From Eledone cirrhosa (Eukaryota): a DNA stretch of 64,000 nt. How positions within the stretch are numbered: the first letter of the stretch is position 1; each line of letters begins with the position of its first letter. The position numbers and the translations under genes were made by a program. The notes below the pieces were generated by a model that saw nothing but the letters and a program-made list of their open reading frames with translations, was not told where the DNA came from and ran no database searches. Below, piece by piece: positions 15,591 to 30,210 of this stretch. The stretch covers positions 50,158,001-50,222,000 of the forward strand of contig OZ024751.1 in NCBI GenBank assembly GCA_964016885.1, given 5' to 3'.

Positions 15591-15727
15591 GTATTTGTTG
15601 TACAAAGCTGTATATATACAATGCTTTTTTTAAAAACATTTAATGCGACTTTCTCGTATTTTTATTATATATATACATATTGTATATGCTTTCATATACA
15701 CCGCTATGATATATATATATGTGTGTG

Positions 15728-15795
<68 letters not shown>

Positions 15796-16023
15796 CATAT
15801 GTAAAGAGAGAGAGGGGCAATAGAGAAAGGGAAAGAAGAAGAGAGAAAGAGTGAGAGGGGAAAATATAGACAGACAGATAGACAAAGTGAAATACACATA
15901 TACAAATATGTATTATATATGTATATACGTGAGTGTTTGTGTGAGTGTGTTTAACGTATATTCAATTCGCTCTCTCACTTTATATATATATATACATATA
16001 TATAAATATATATATATATATAT

Positions 16024-16220
16024 AACAAAGGAATTGTGGTAAGGAACCAGATGGACCATAACGCACCAGAGTATTCAATACTATGGGTAGTAGAGTGGGA
16101 AATAGGAAAAAGTATGACCCCGACGGCAGAGCTCAAGCCGTTTCGACAGCTATTTCTGGAGTTCAGAAATAGCCGTCGAAACGGCTTGAGTTCTGCCGTC
16201 GGGGTCATACTTTTTCTTAT
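16024..16220. mobile_element. Fold-back element, family D (78-nt tail plus ~55-bp inverted arms) in (TA)n
   Basis: Arms ataggaaaaagtatgaccccgacggcagagctcaagccgtttcgac../..gtcgaaacggcttgagttctgccgtcggggtcatactttttcttat. Contains the HHR 3' half GAAA-CGGC..GCCG-UC. Confidence 0.85.
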
Positions 16221-16306
16221 ATATATATATATATATATATATAGTAATAATAATAAAATTGAAGACTAAAATCCAAAGAGGGCTCGATAAGGAAAATATA
16301 TATCAA

Positions 16307-16351
<45 letters not shown>

Positions 16352-16360
16352 CATATATAC

Positions 16361-16452
<92 letters not shown>

Positions 16453-16458
16453 ATATAC

Positions 16459-16741
<283 letters not shown>

Positions 16742-17024
16742 TGTATATATATATATCCCACCCTGTGGTCAGTCCATTATAGGTTCCTAAAGTCAGTGAC
16801 TCCTGACCGTTTCCTTTCCACGTTGCTAAGCCACAGAGACCAACTTTGAAAAATCGATATGTTTTCTCTAACCAACGCGCTACTTGCAATGCTTTGTATA
16901 GTATAGAATAATACAGCCAGTACAGTGTCTTTGTATGATTTCCTGAGTTTTCCTTGTTGTCAGATTCTCTCTTTAACTATTTGTCTATTCACTCATCTAT
17001 CTACATATGCATTCCTCTGCCTCT

Positions 17025-17416
<392 letters not shown>

Positions 17417-17623
17417 TAAGAATTAAACAAGATTCAATGAATACGTCAAAGAATGAATGAGTTTTACAATAGATTGGAAGCACTCTACTGAAAAAATATT
17501 TTCCAGAGTTATTAATATTAATCCAAATATTAACAAAATAGATATTCTTGTGATCAATTAGATTTTATTATACATATTTCAGAGGTACTGAATTAGGTTC
17601 AACAGTACGTCCTCATCAGATAA

Positions 17624-17772
17624 AATAAAATGATACATGACATACCCTGACATGGTAGATGGTTAAGATTTAATCAAGGTAGAGTACCTTGATTAAGATT
17701 TAATCAAGGTAGACTACCTTGATTAAATCTTAACCATCTACCATGTCAGGTTATGTCATGTTACATTTTATT
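17624..17772. repeat. Palindrome with an internal tandem duplication of its central hairpin
   Basis: catgacata.cctgacatggtagatggttaagatttaatcaaggtag pairs with its reverse complement; ttaagatttaatcaaggtaga.taccttga occurs twice. Confidence 0.8.
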
Positions 17773-18667
17773 ATATAACCATAGTTTCTTTATATTCATA
17801 CAAAATAATGACCCTGCATCTTACGAACATTGTAATTTATCTATTTTCGTAAATTCTAATATTCAGACCCTACACCTTGTATGTTCCTCTAGTTCACACT
17901 CTGAGATACCATTAAATGTTTAATTATTCGGCCATTGAACCAAACTACCTTACACTTTTGAATTCTGAATACTTTCTTTTATAGCCTATACCTCCATAAC
18001 TGTAAATATATTACACTACGCCACCTATATTGTTAACAATAACTTCATATGTCTTTTTCTACTACCCATAAGAAACCACTAATTATCCTGCACGCACTAA
18101 ATATTGCACCAACCTTTTATGTAAACATTTAACCATTAACCCCTAGCTAAAACATCTGCAAAAGATAAGTTTTGTTCAATGTTTTCACCAAGGAATAAAC
18201 TTCTTATATTTTCTTTTAATTTCCACCAGCAAATATTGCCAACCACATAGGTAATACATTTTCATAATTACCTGTTAGTCGCGACTAGTAGCATATAATT
18301 AGACTATACCAAATAATACGTTTAAATATATATAATCACACTTTAGTTGATATTTCCACGATGATTATTACACCTAAGAAATTGTATAGACACATATATA
18401 ATTATGCAAGGTTTTGTTCGGTCAGGGCTAACCATATGTTTGCACCTGAAAAGTCCCTCTCAGTGGCACCAGAAGCCACCCATTCATACAAGTCTTCCCT
18501 CTCTATACCAGCAATGTTATCCAAGAAAAAGGTAAAGGCCGATACAGCTTGGTGCTAATAACGTCACAAGCAAACTCAGAATACGAGTGGGTGTAATAAA
18601 TACCACAAATCATCATCACATCAGTCTCCCGAGCCATTCTACCAAACCAATGCCCTCAAGACGTGAT

Positions 18668-19075
18668 TTCTACTATAGACACAAAGCCAGCAATTTAGGG
18701 AGAGGGTAAAGTCGATTAAATCGACCTCAGTGCATTACTGATGCTTTATTTTATTGACCTCTTAAGGATGAGAAGTAAAGCTAACCACAGACCGTTTTGA
18801 ACTCAGACCGTAAAGGGCCGTAACTCTATACTGAGAAGCAGAGTGTCCGACGCTCTACCGATACTGCCAATCTACCTCTCTTTATTTATTAAGATAATTG
18901 TTTCTACTTTTGGCACAAGGCCAGCAATTATCCCAGTGCATTATTGGTACTTTATTTTATCGACCCCGTAAGGATTTAAGGCAAAGTTAACCTCGGCGGG
19001 ATTTGAGCTCAGTTCATAAAGGGCCGTAACTTTATGTGCAAAGCATGGTATCCGACCTTCTATCGATACTGCCAA
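18668..19075 (-). mobile_element. Two adjacent SINE family S copies (18668-18872, 18896-19075)
   Basis: Same core as 6267-6479. Confidence 0.8.
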
Positions 19076-20167
19076 TCAATGACAGGCAAATTTGACTTCA
19101 GAAGAATGTGAACTCAAAGCAAAGAGAGCTAGACAAAATAGCGTAAAGCATTTAAAACCTACTCTAATAACTATCTCAATTCTCACACAGGTTATTCTAT
19201 TATTAATTTAATATAAACATAACTTATCTTTAAATGACAATTATATAATTACATTAGCAGTTAAATTTTAATTTTACATTAAAATTCCAAATAAATTTTA
19301 TATTTCTAATCGAACATTCTCCCAGAATTTCTGTCAACACTCATTTTGTTAACCTATTATGACATCTTTTATTCAAATTACATTAAAAACAATATAAATA
19401 CATGTATTATAACAACTGTGAATTGAATCATAAAATAAATTTTAATGGAGAATATTCTTACAATAATCTATTTCCTATGCCATACTTACTTTATTTTAAA
19501 CCTACACACTCTACACAATATATTTTTCTTATTTAAAAATATTTTCTTTATGATTTAATCTCGTTATAAATATCTATATATTTATTATCTCCTACCATAT
19601 AACATTTTATACAACTTCTCTTATTAGAAAATATATAATTTTATATATAAGTTTATTAGAAAAGTAAGTTTACCTATTGATTTATACAATTTCTCGTAAT
19701 ATGATATATCGTTTTGTAGAAACATATATTACAAAAGGCTACGCATTCTAATCCCTATATACAAACCAAATGAATTATTTTTTGTATTTTGTCAAACCAC
19801 ATAAAGTGGGAGTCTTATGATAGGATCAAGCAGAGCCGGTATATAGTTATAATTTAGCGATATAATAATTAGCTTCCTGTGGTATATTATTGTGGGAAGA
19901 AACAATTGTCAGATTATCAGTTATCAAATGCCTTGGTTTGTAAGCTAATTGTAACTATATATATATATATTGATATATATATGTGTGTGTGTGTGTGTAG
20001 GTGTGTGTGTATTAATTTGATGAAAATAACGGGAGGCCGGACTGGTTATATCTCTTTAAAGTATTATTGTTTCAAAAAACACAATATATACTTCAATGGC
20101 CTTATTATGTAAGAGCCTGGCGGCATCATCAGGTTGGGATTCATTAATTCGTTAATAAATAAAAGGA

Positions 20168-20343
<176 letters not shown>

Positions 20344-20344
20344 T

Positions 20345-20518
20345 AAGTATTTCCGTGGAAAAGGTAACGGAAAGAAGAGTGCTCTATGTATCTTATATAT
20401 AGTACAGAGCTATTTAATTATATAATAAACAACACAATATAATTATTCCATTACCCAAGGTTTCACGAAGTCAGACGATTCTATGTAATGAAATAATTAC
20501 ATTGTTTTGTTTATTACA

Positions 20519-20521
<3 letters not shown>
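20345..20521. mobile_element. Degenerate fold-back element, family G
   Basis: Tail aagtatttccgtggaaaaggtaa.ggaaagaagagt is shared with 38517 and 39061; termini taataaacaac../..gtttattacataa. Confidence 0.7.
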
Positions 20522-20562
<41 letters not shown>

Positions 20563-20708
20563 TTTTGAGTTTATGTTGGTTGTATACCAACACCTCAGTA
20601 TGCAGGCTGGAGCACTCGACGAAGTGCGCAGGTTGGTTTGGTTACTCCGGAGTAGTGTAAAATAAAGTTAAATAAAAGTCAAATGATTAAAATTTAGCTT
20701 CGTTTATT

Positions 20709-20763
20709 ACTGCTATATATATTTCAGTGACAGCCATCTTTGGCTGTGACTTCTTCAGGCAGT
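20709..20763 (-). ncRNA. Minimal type I hammerhead ribozyme (left arm)
   Basis: ACUGC-CUGAAGA-AGUcACAGCC aaagau GGCUGUcACU-GAAA-UAUAUA-UA-GCAGU. Confidence 0.88.
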
Positions 20764-20988
20764 TTGAATTAGTATGGTATAGACAAGTACATATGTTGTT
20801 TAGGTGTATAATATTGTCAATACTCTGATATGCCCAGTTCCTTGTTGGGTTGTTAATTCACTGAGGAACTGGAGTCATACCAGTCCCTCAGTGAATTAAC
20901 AACCCAACAAGGAACTGGGCATATCAGAGTATTGACAATATTATACACCTAAACAACATATGTACTTGTCTATACCATACTAATTCAA

Positions 20989-21043
20989 ACTGCCTGAAGA
21001 AGTCACAGCCAAAGATGACTGTCACTGAAATATATATAGCAGT
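20989..21043 (+). ncRNA. Minimal type I hammerhead ribozyme (right arm)
   Basis: actgc CTGAAGA agtcacagcc aaagat gactgtcact GAAA tatata TA gcagt. Palindromic minimal stem III as described for PLE HHRs. Confidence 0.85.
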
Positions 21044-21507
21044 AATAAACGAAGCTAAATTTTAATCATTTGACTTTTATTTAACTTTATTTTATATATA
21101 TATATATATATATATAATATTTACAACTAACTTCCAAATATCCATTGATTTAAATACCCCTAATTATTCAGTTTCTAAAACACTTATCTTTATGTAAACA
21201 GCAAAATGGCCTGAGAATATGTAGAAACATAAGATTTTTCATTTCTACAGATAGCAGAAGTCTATAAACTTTTCATATCGGCTGATATCTAACAACGATT
21301 ATGCAAGTTCAAGCAATTGCCTCCACATTATCCTGTATTTTCTGAAAGTGTGGCTATATTGACTGATAAACATTTAACGATTTTCTTAACATAATTATTG
21401 CCATTTAAATTCATATACTTTTAGTAACGAGAAATACACATTAAATATTTGATGGTAGTACTAAGTACATGCTTAAAAAGATTTGCATTTAAATGTAATT
21501 CGTCTGT

Positions 21508-21559
<52 letters not shown>

Positions 21560-21694
21560 GTATATGTATGTATATATGTATGTATATATGTATGCAAACA
21601 TGTATGTATATAGATGCTGTTTCAACATCTATATACATACATGTTTGAAAAGGGAAAAGCTTAGCCGTCTGTTCCCGACTGTTTATTATGTATG

Positions 21695-21726
<32 letters not shown>

Positions 21727-21727
21727 T

Positions 21728-22112
21728 AATTGGTGTGGGTTGCTTAAAGAGTCCGTATGCTCGCATCTTACAAAGTAGATAATATCACATAAGAAACGGA
21801 GAATCAGTGGTGCGTCGAATTAACGTTTATTAGGCATATTACAATCGTTTCTCTGGCGACCAGCTCGAGGCAAGAAAGATGCGATGATCGAACCTGACTC
21901 TGAAATCGCAAGATCCTCAGATACGTCTCGCTTCTTCGAAGCAGAGTTCCACTTTCGAAGAATCGAGACGTATCTGAGGATCTTGCGATTTCAGAGTCAG
22001 GTTCGAACATCGCATCGTTCTTGCCTCGAGCTGGTCGCCAGAGAAACGATTGTAATATGCCTAATAAACGTTAATTCGTCGCACCACTGATTCTCCGTTT
22101 CTGATGTGATAT
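21728..22112. mobile_element. Fold-back element (~54-nt tail plus ~160-bp arms) in (TA)n
   Basis: Mirror-image ORFs 21804-22010(-) and 21884-22090(+); arms 21782-21941 and 21953-22112. Confidence 0.9.
21969..22059 (+). ncRNA. Type I hammerhead ribozyme with extended stem II (mirror copy 21835-21925, minus)
   Basis: cgtat CTGAGGA tcttgcga ... tcgccaga GAAA cgattg TA atatg. Confidence 0.75.
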
Positions 22113-22115
22113 ATG

Positions 22116-22204
<89 letters not shown>

Positions 22205-22208
<4 letters not shown>

Positions 22209-22399
22209 GTGGCTGTTAAGATACCAGGTGGACCATAACGCACCAGAGTCCTCGTTACTTAGCGTAGTAGAGTGGGTAATATGAAAAGTGTCAGGACCCC
22301 GACGGCAGAGCTCCGGCCGTTTCAACAGTTAGATCCGAACAGAATTCGGATCTAGCTGTCGAAACGGCGCCGGAGCTCAGTCGTCAGTGTCCTGACTCT

Positions 22400-22403
<4 letters not shown>
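22205..22403. mobile_element. Fold-back element, divergent family D subfamily
   Basis: Tail ggaccataacgcaccagagt..gtagtagagtggg and arms ggaccccgacggcagagctc, as in 16024 and 37143. Confidence 0.8.
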
Positions 22404-22466
<63 letters not shown>

Positions 22467-23365
22467 TATATATATGTACATACATATATATATATATATA
22501 TACATGCATACATATATACATGCATACGGACGTACGTACATACTTACGTACATACGTACATACATACGTACATACATATGTACATACATACGTACATACA
22601 TATGTACATACATACGTACATACATATACCAACATACATACATACATATACAAATATACATATTTACAAAGATTAAGCGATAGATGAGGGAATGATAACG
22701 ATCAGATTACCGTCTATTGAATGGTTTGGAAGCCAGAAATAAGAATTTGTTGGCAACAAGACTATTTATAGATACCCAACATTCGATTGAAAAGTTCTTG
22801 TAAAATATTCACCACCACCTTAGTGAAAATATATGTACTGTATATGTGTATGAGATTCTTTGTGTGTGTGTCTGATTCTGTGTGTGTGTGTGTGAGTGAG
22901 TGTGTGTGTGTGTATGTGTGTGTATGTTGTGTGGGGGGAGGGTATGTGTGTGTGGGTGGGTGTGTGTGTGTGTGGGTGTGTGACGTAAGTCTTCTGTGTA
23001 TGCGTCAGAACCTCTGTTTGTTTATTTTCAGCTATAAATCACATTCTATAAACATTCTCACTGGCTTAATAATTAAGTTATCAATTTAGTTACTGTTGTT
23101 GTTATTGTTGTTTCTGTTATTGTTAGGGCCAAGCACAGACTTGATTGAACAAACCTATTGTCTAATGACTTACACTATAGCCATGGCTGTCCCATCATTG
23201 TCTTTATATGCCTAGAACTTTCCTTTACATTAACTATGATCTGCCTCCGATTCCCTATACGCTATACTCAACATAACCAGATTACTTCTAGAATGTTCAC
23301 CCTGGTCACTATTTGTTCTACAATCTCTTAACTTCTACAAACTCTTAACCTCGGCAAGCCCTTAA

Positions 23366-23585
23366 CCCTTTAGCATTTAAACCGACTGTATCTGGCCAAA
23401 ATTCTCTCACTTCTTTCTGTTCAAACCAGCTGAAACGGGCTGCTCATACTTATGTTAAGGTATTGTTCTCAAAATAAATAATATCAAAATCTCAGATTCA
23501 ATATTATGTAAGTTAATTATATAACATAAAGCCTTTACCATAAAAATGCAATAGTAAATATAGAGTAATGTAAATGCTAAAGGGG
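23366..23585. mobile_element. piggyBac-type MITE
   Basis: TTAA|CCCTTTAGCATTTA ... TAAATGCTAAAGGG(G)|TTAA: 14-bp TIRs starting CCC, with a TTAA target duplication. Confidence 0.8.
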
Positions 23586-23718
23586 TTAACATCTACAAGA
23601 TCTTAACCTCAGACGTTTAACTATTGTTCATCTCACTCTGAATACATAACACAGAGGAATATATTAAATCTATATGTGAATATTTTTAAAATAGCTCTCT
23701 CATCTAAGCAATATACAT

Positions 23719-23889
23719 AATTGTTTCTATTTTTTGGCACAAGGCCAGCAATTACCCAGTACATTACTGGTACTTTATTTTATCGACCCCGTAAGGATGA
23801 AAGGCAAAGTTAACCTCGGCGGGATTTGAACTCAGACTGTAAAGGGACGTAACTATGCTAGAAAGCATGGCGTCCAACCCTCAATACCA
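23719..23889 (-). mobile_element. SINE family S
   Basis: Same core as 6267-6479. Confidence 0.8.
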
Positions 23890-24147
23890 ACTTTAAGGTT
23901 TTTCTGTGTTTGATCCAGGGAATATAGCGCTTAAGTAGACAAAGTAGACATTTCCTTTGTTCAATGCTTTTATTTTTAGAGTTTGTACTGAAATAAAGTT
24001 TGGTTGTTTTAATAGCATGTACTATATATATATCATTTTTATAGTTGATATTTTTGTATCAAAATAGCATATCATTAATGCATTAGAGGTGATAAGGTAT
24101 ATGCGATACTATTTTCGATATAAGTGATCCAAATATAACCATATATG

Positions 24148-24271
<124 letters not shown>

Positions 24272-25305
24272 AGAGAGGAGGAGAGAGAGAGATAGTATAA
24301 TGTAATACATTTTCGAATACGAAAAGAGATAATTGTGTGTGTGTGCATATATATATACATACATACATACATATACACATATATGCTCGCTGAATTTATA
24401 TTTGTATTAATCTCCCGAGTCTTACTATTAACTTGTTAATAATTTTATTGACACGTTAATTGCATAAATTTATTTTAAAAACTACCTGGTTGAGTGCTTA
24501 TTCGATTTGTGCTATTTATGCAATTTTTTGCATGGTATACACATACTGAATTCATTTGCCCAAATCTGGGGGTTTTCCCTTGTGAATTCCACATGTGCTT
24601 TTACGCGGCTCTGTGTCATTCACAAATTTGGTACAGAGCAAAATACCTGTTGATAACGTGATATTCCTTGTTCGATCATTATAGCTAAAGCTTATAATTT
24701 TAAGCAGACAGTATTTTGATTTAGGTGTCATAGAAACCCTGCATTTGGATTTTAACATCAATTCCAATGGGTCCAGGTCTGTGTTTTTTTATCATTTATT
24801 TTGTTTTGACCTGTTTAGCTTGATTTGCTTTTTTTCTTAGGTGGTTGATGCTTTCTTGAACACTTTTTCAGTTTTGTATGGTATGGCCTCTTAACATATC
24901 GTTTAGCTCTGGTTTTTTAACTATGGAGCGCTTGCCACCATTATTTCTGATTTTTGCGTTTCGTTTCGCTTTTTCTACCCGCCGAAATGCGAATCTCGCT
25001 GAATTTATATATATATATATATATAAAATTTGCTTGATGAGGTAGATGTTATTGGAGAGCGGGAACAATTGGGGAGGGGCATACTAATTACACTTGTGTG
25101 TGGGGGGGGGGTATGCTTTACTATGTTTGAGACCGATGTAGAAGACCACATCCATGACCCCTTGATATTAGCCGAGAAAAAATAGCAGCTTATGTGTTAT
25201 ACTGTGATAAAAAAAAAAACTCATCTGAATTTCCTCTGAGTATCGACTATCCTAAAGACGCCTAAAGGCTCTGTGTTGATGTTAACCCGATGAAATTATT
25301 ACATC

Positions 25306-25468
25306 AGGATGAAAGGCAAAGTTAACCTCGGCGGGATATGGTCTGAGTTTAAATCCCCCCCCCCCCCCCCGAGGTTAACTTTGCCTATCATCCTTAGGGG
25401 TCGATAAAATAAATTACGAATAATGCACTGATATAATTGCTGGCCTTGTGCCAAAAATAGAAACAATT
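25306..25468 (+). mobile_element. SINE family S copy with a short inverted duplication of its own internal segment
   Basis: aggatgaaaggcaaagttaacctcggcggg faces ccgaggttaactttgcctatcatcct, followed by the plus-strand SINE 3' end. Confidence 0.7.
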
Positions 25469-25634
25469 ACATCAGCCTCCACCCACTACCAGGAATAATC
25501 AAACCCTTGAAATTCTGATTGATTCCATTTGACCAATTTTATTCCCAACATTTCAGGATCCATCTAGAAAACAAATATTCTAGTGTGATCGAACACTTGA
25601 CCAAATAATTTCAAAGCAAATTTCACTCAACTAT

Positions 25635-26295
25635 ACAGCTATGGCTGGGATGTCATCTTTTTTTAATATATATGTGTATTGTGACTGGGATGTCATCTTT
25701 TTTGTGTATATATGTGTATTATAGCTGCGATGTCAACTTTTTTGTGTGTATATATGTGTATTGTGGCTGGGATGTCATTTTTTTGTGTATATATGTGTAT
25801 TGTGGCTGGGATGTCATCTTTTGTGTGTGTATATATGTGTATTGTGGCTGGGATGTCATTTTTTTGTGTATATATGTGTATTGTGGCTGGGATGTCATCT
25901 TTTGTGTGTGTATATATGTGTATTGTGGCTGGGATGTCATTTTTTTGTGTATATATGTGTATTGTGACTGGGATGTCATTTTTTTGTGTATATATGTGTA
26001 TTGTGGCTGGGATGTCATCTTTTGTGTGTGTATATATGTGTATTGTGGCTGGGATGTCATTTTTTTGTGTATATATGTGTATTGTGACTGGGATGTCATT
26101 TTTTTGTGTATATATGTGTATTGTGGCTGGGATGTCATCTTTTGTGTGTGTATATATGTGTATTGTGGCTGGGATGTCATTTTTTTGTGTATATATGTGT
26201 ATTGTGGCTGGGATGTCATCATTTGTGTGTGTATATATGTGTATTATGGCTGCGATGTCATCTTTTTTGTGTATATATGTGTATTGTGGTTGGAA
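25635..26295. repeat. Minisatellite of 39/42-bp units with a 120-bp higher-order period
   Basis: Unit gtatatatgtgtattgtggctgggatgtca(t/c)ttttt(gt)gt; lines 25921, 26041 and 26161 begin identically. Confidence 0.95.
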
Positions 26296-26800
26296 TGTAT
26301 ATATTTTTGTACGTATATATGTCTATATGTGCATATGTGTTTGTTTATTCGAGTGTGTGCGTTTGTAAATGTGTATATAAACTTGTGTGTGTGTGTATAT
26401 GTATGTGTATGTGTGTGTGTGTGTGTCTGTGTATATATGTGTGTGTCTGTGTGTGTATGTATGTGTCTGTGTGTGTGTATGTATGTGTCTGTGAGTGTAT
26501 GTGTCTGTGTGTGTATGTTTATGCCTGTGTGTTTATATGCATGTGTCTGTATGTATGTCTATGTATGTATGTGTCTGTGTATGTATGTATGTCGAATCTC
26601 TGTAAAATACCATAAGAAATAATACCAGTACAAGAGAAACCTAAACATAGTTATCTATTCCGATCTGGATTCAATAGTTATTATATAAAAGGTGTTTCCA
26701 TGTTCACTGTTGTTAATGGAAACGGTATTACTATTATCACATATTATACACATGTAATAACTGTATTCTTATATATACATACACATACAAACATACATAC

Positions 26801-26896
<96 letters not shown>

Positions 26897-26899
<3 letters not shown>

Positions 26900-27129
26900 A
26901 AAAAGTATTACCCCGACGGCAGAGCTCTAAATTCTGGATTAAATTAGAATTTTTAGCCTGGTGAATATTCACCAGGCTAAAAATTCTAATTTAGTCCAGA
27001 AATAGCCGTCAAAACGGCTTGAACTCTGCCGTCGGGGTCATACTTTTTCTTATTTCCCACTCTACTACCCTAAGTATTGAGTACTCTGGTGCGTTATGGT
27101 CCATCTGGTTCCTTACCACAATTCCTTTG

Positions 27130-27132
<3 letters not shown>
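26897..27132. mobile_element. Fold-back element, family D (tail on the right)
   Basis: Centre gtgaatattcac; the right part is the reverse complement of the 16024 tail and arm. Confidence 0.85.
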
Positions 27133-27182
<50 letters not shown>

Positions 27183-27189
<7 letters not shown>

Positions 27190-27372
27190 GTGAGGTTTTT
27201 TTTACAAAATGAAAAATAACCGAGGTGTCCTACACGAGTGGAAGTATAAAGAAAAAGGGATGAAATCGAAAATGCAACTGAAGTCTTATTTTTTTTTTGA
27301 ATATAAATATATATATTTTTTAAAAAAATAAGACTTCAGTTGCATTTTCGATTTCATCCCTTTTTCTTTATA
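27183..27372. mobile_element. Fold-back element, family E (62-nt tail plus arms)
   Basis: Tail ttagaaagtgag..aaccgaggtgtcctacacgagtg is also at 58873; arms gatgaaatcgaaaatgca.ctg.agtc and its reverse complement. Confidence 0.8.
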
Positions 27373-28311
27373 TATATATATATATGCATATATGTATATA
27401 AATTAATAAAATAATGAATAAACAAAGAAACAGTTCCTTATATTAACAAAATTCATCATTTTACGATCGTTTCTAGGATATATATGTGTTAGAGTTGGTA
27501 TGCATATTCTATAGATCTATGTACAATATTTATACAAACTATCAGAGGGAATATACATACCTACACATATATATGCTGTCTTCAGAAATAATGATATTTG
27601 TTTATTGAAAAAAACAAAGATTCAATACAATAGGTCTGTTTGGGAACAGGTTTTGAATTGACTAATAGAGAGATAGTGATGGTCAAGATAGTAATATAGT
27701 AGTAGAAGAACCTTAAATTATGGGTAGAGGAAGGTAGATTTCAGTTTTGGATGGAAAAGAATATTATGAATGAAGGATTATTTTAGGGAAGAAAATAGGT
27801 CGTATGCTGACCTCAGGAATAATTTTATTTGTTCATTGAGTAAAACCAACAAAGATCTAATATATTCTGTCTGTTTGGTAAGAGGTTTAGAATTAACCAA
27901 TAGAAAGTTAATAATTGGCCAAATGGTAAAATAGTAGTAATTGAAGCTTATTTTAGGGGTGAAAATAGGTCAGGTCAGTAAAAGGTATACGAGCAGTTGC
28001 TGTTATAAAACAGTAATGCCAATGCAAATATCTAAGGAGACTAAAGTTTTACGATAAGAGTGTTAGTGAAAAAAATACATCTATGAAAAGAATATAAATT
28101 AATTTAATTGATGGGTATATTTATATTGATAAAATTATACTAATACATATAGATATGATAAATAAGAGTTAGATGCAGTTGAAAAGTGCTGTTAAAGATG
28201 AGGGGAAATTAAGAGAATATAAAAATAATATATATATATATATATACATATATATATACATATATACACATGCACACACGCATATACACACATATATATA
28301 TATATATATAT

Positions 28312-28355
<44 letters not shown>

Positions 28356-28895
28356 GCATATATACATACATACATATATATATACACACACATACACACT
28401 TACATATACATATAATTATTGGGGGGGGGATTAAATTTATTAGTGAGAAATAATAAATATATATAGATTTCAAGGAACATAGAGTCATAACCTGAAGTTA
28501 AAGCATTATATATGTTTACTTAATGGTATCAGTTTTAGGAAATGATAGTTGTAAGAAGGAAAGTAAAATTATGTAGTTCATCAGTAGTAGAATATTCATT
28601 ATAGGTTAACTAAATTAAAAACAGTTTATATATTAATTTCTAAAGTGTATATTAATTAGGTTTATAATATTTAAAGGTTTTTCTCAGTTTATGATTACAC
28701 GATATTATTAATTCCTGTCGCTTATTTAATAGGATATCCTTAGATTAATATACACTTTAGAAATTAATATATAAACTGTTTTTAATTTAGTTAACCTATA
28801 ATTAATATTCGACTACTGATGAACTACATAATTTTACTTTCCTTCTTACAACTATCATTTCCTAAAACTGATACCATTAAGTAAACATATATAAT

Positions 28896-29080
28896 TGTTT
28901 CTACTTTTGGCACAAGGCCAACAATTACCCAGTGTATTAAGAATATTAGTAATAATTGTCTCTAATTTTGGCACAAGGCCAGCAATTACTCAGTACATTA
29001 CTGGTACTTTTTTATCGACCCCGTAAGGATGAAAGGCAAAGTTGACCTCGGCGAGATTTGAACTCAGAATGGAAAGGGCC
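28896..29080 (-). mobile_element. SINE family S inserted in the right arm, with a 15-bp TSD
   Basis: gtaaacatatataat at 28881-28895 and 29081-29095; absent from the left arm. Confidence 0.88.
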
Positions 29081-29252
29081 GTAAACATATATAATGCTTT
29101 AACTTCAGGTTATGACTCTATGTTCCTTGAAATCTCTATATATTTATTATTTCTCACTAATAAATTTAATTTCCCCCCCCCCCAATAATTATATGTATAT
29201 GTAAGTGTGTATGTGTGTGTGTATATATATATATGTATGTATGTATATATGC

Positions 29253-29314
<62 letters not shown>

Positions 29315-29359
29315 ATATATATATATGTGTGTATATGTATGTGTGTATGTGTATATATG

Positions 29360-29436
<77 letters not shown>

Positions 29437-30072
29437 TATTTTTATATTCTCTTAATTTCCCCTCATCTTTAACAGCACTTTTCAACTGCATCTAACTCTT
29501 ATTTATCATATCTATATGTATTAGTATAATTTTATCAATATAAATATACCCATCAATTAAATTAATTTATATTCTTTTCATAGATGTATTTTTTTCACTA
29601 GCACTCTTATCGTAAAACTTTAGTCTCCTTAGATATTTGCATTTGCATTACTATTTTATAACAGCAACTGCTTGTATACCTTTTACTGACCTGACCTATT
29701 TTCACCCCTAAAATAAGCTTCAATTACTACTATTTTACCATTTGGCCAATTATTAACTTTCTATTGGTTAATTCTAAACCTCTTACCAAACAGACAGAAT
29801 ATATTAGATCTTTGTTGGTTTTATTCAATGAACAAATAAAATTATTCCTGAGGTCAGCATACGACCTATTTTCTTCCCTAAAATAATCCTTCATTCATAA
29901 TATTCTTTTCCATCCAAAACTGAAATCTACCTTCCTCTACCCATAATTTAAGGTTCTTCTACTACTATATTACTATCTTGACCCTCACTATCTCTCTATT
30001 GGTCAATTCAAAACCTGTTCCCAAACAGACCTATTGTATTGAATCTTTGTTTTTTTTCAATAAACAAATATC

Positions 30073-30210
30073 ATTATTTCTGAAGACAGCATATATATGT
30101 GTAGGTATGTATATTCCCTCTGATAGTTTGTATAAATATTGTACATAGATCTATAGAATATGCATACCAACTCTAACACATATATATCCTAGAAACGATC
30201 GTAAAATGAT
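30073..30210 (+). ncRNA. Type I hammerhead ribozyme with a ~105-nt stem II domain (mirror copy 27455-27592, minus)
   Basis: attattt CTGAAGA cagc atatatatgtgt ... acacatatatat ccta GAAA cgatcg TA aaatgat. Confidence 0.65.

Larger units (their letters stand above)
20562..21094. mobile_element. Fold-back element (96-nt tail plus ~215-bp arms) in (TA)n
   Basis: 20658-20872 is the near-perfect reverse complement of 20880-21094, with a 7-nt loop. Confidence 0.92.

Noticed and set aside
24552-25068. Two short non-repetitive minus-strand ORFs as further host exons
   Set aside because: No C2-domain or other recognisable motif and no convincing splice sites.
25635-26295. Possible CRISPR-like array
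   Set aside because: There are no unique spacers; it is a head-to-tail minisatellite in eukaryotic DNA. The same applies to 3203-3445.
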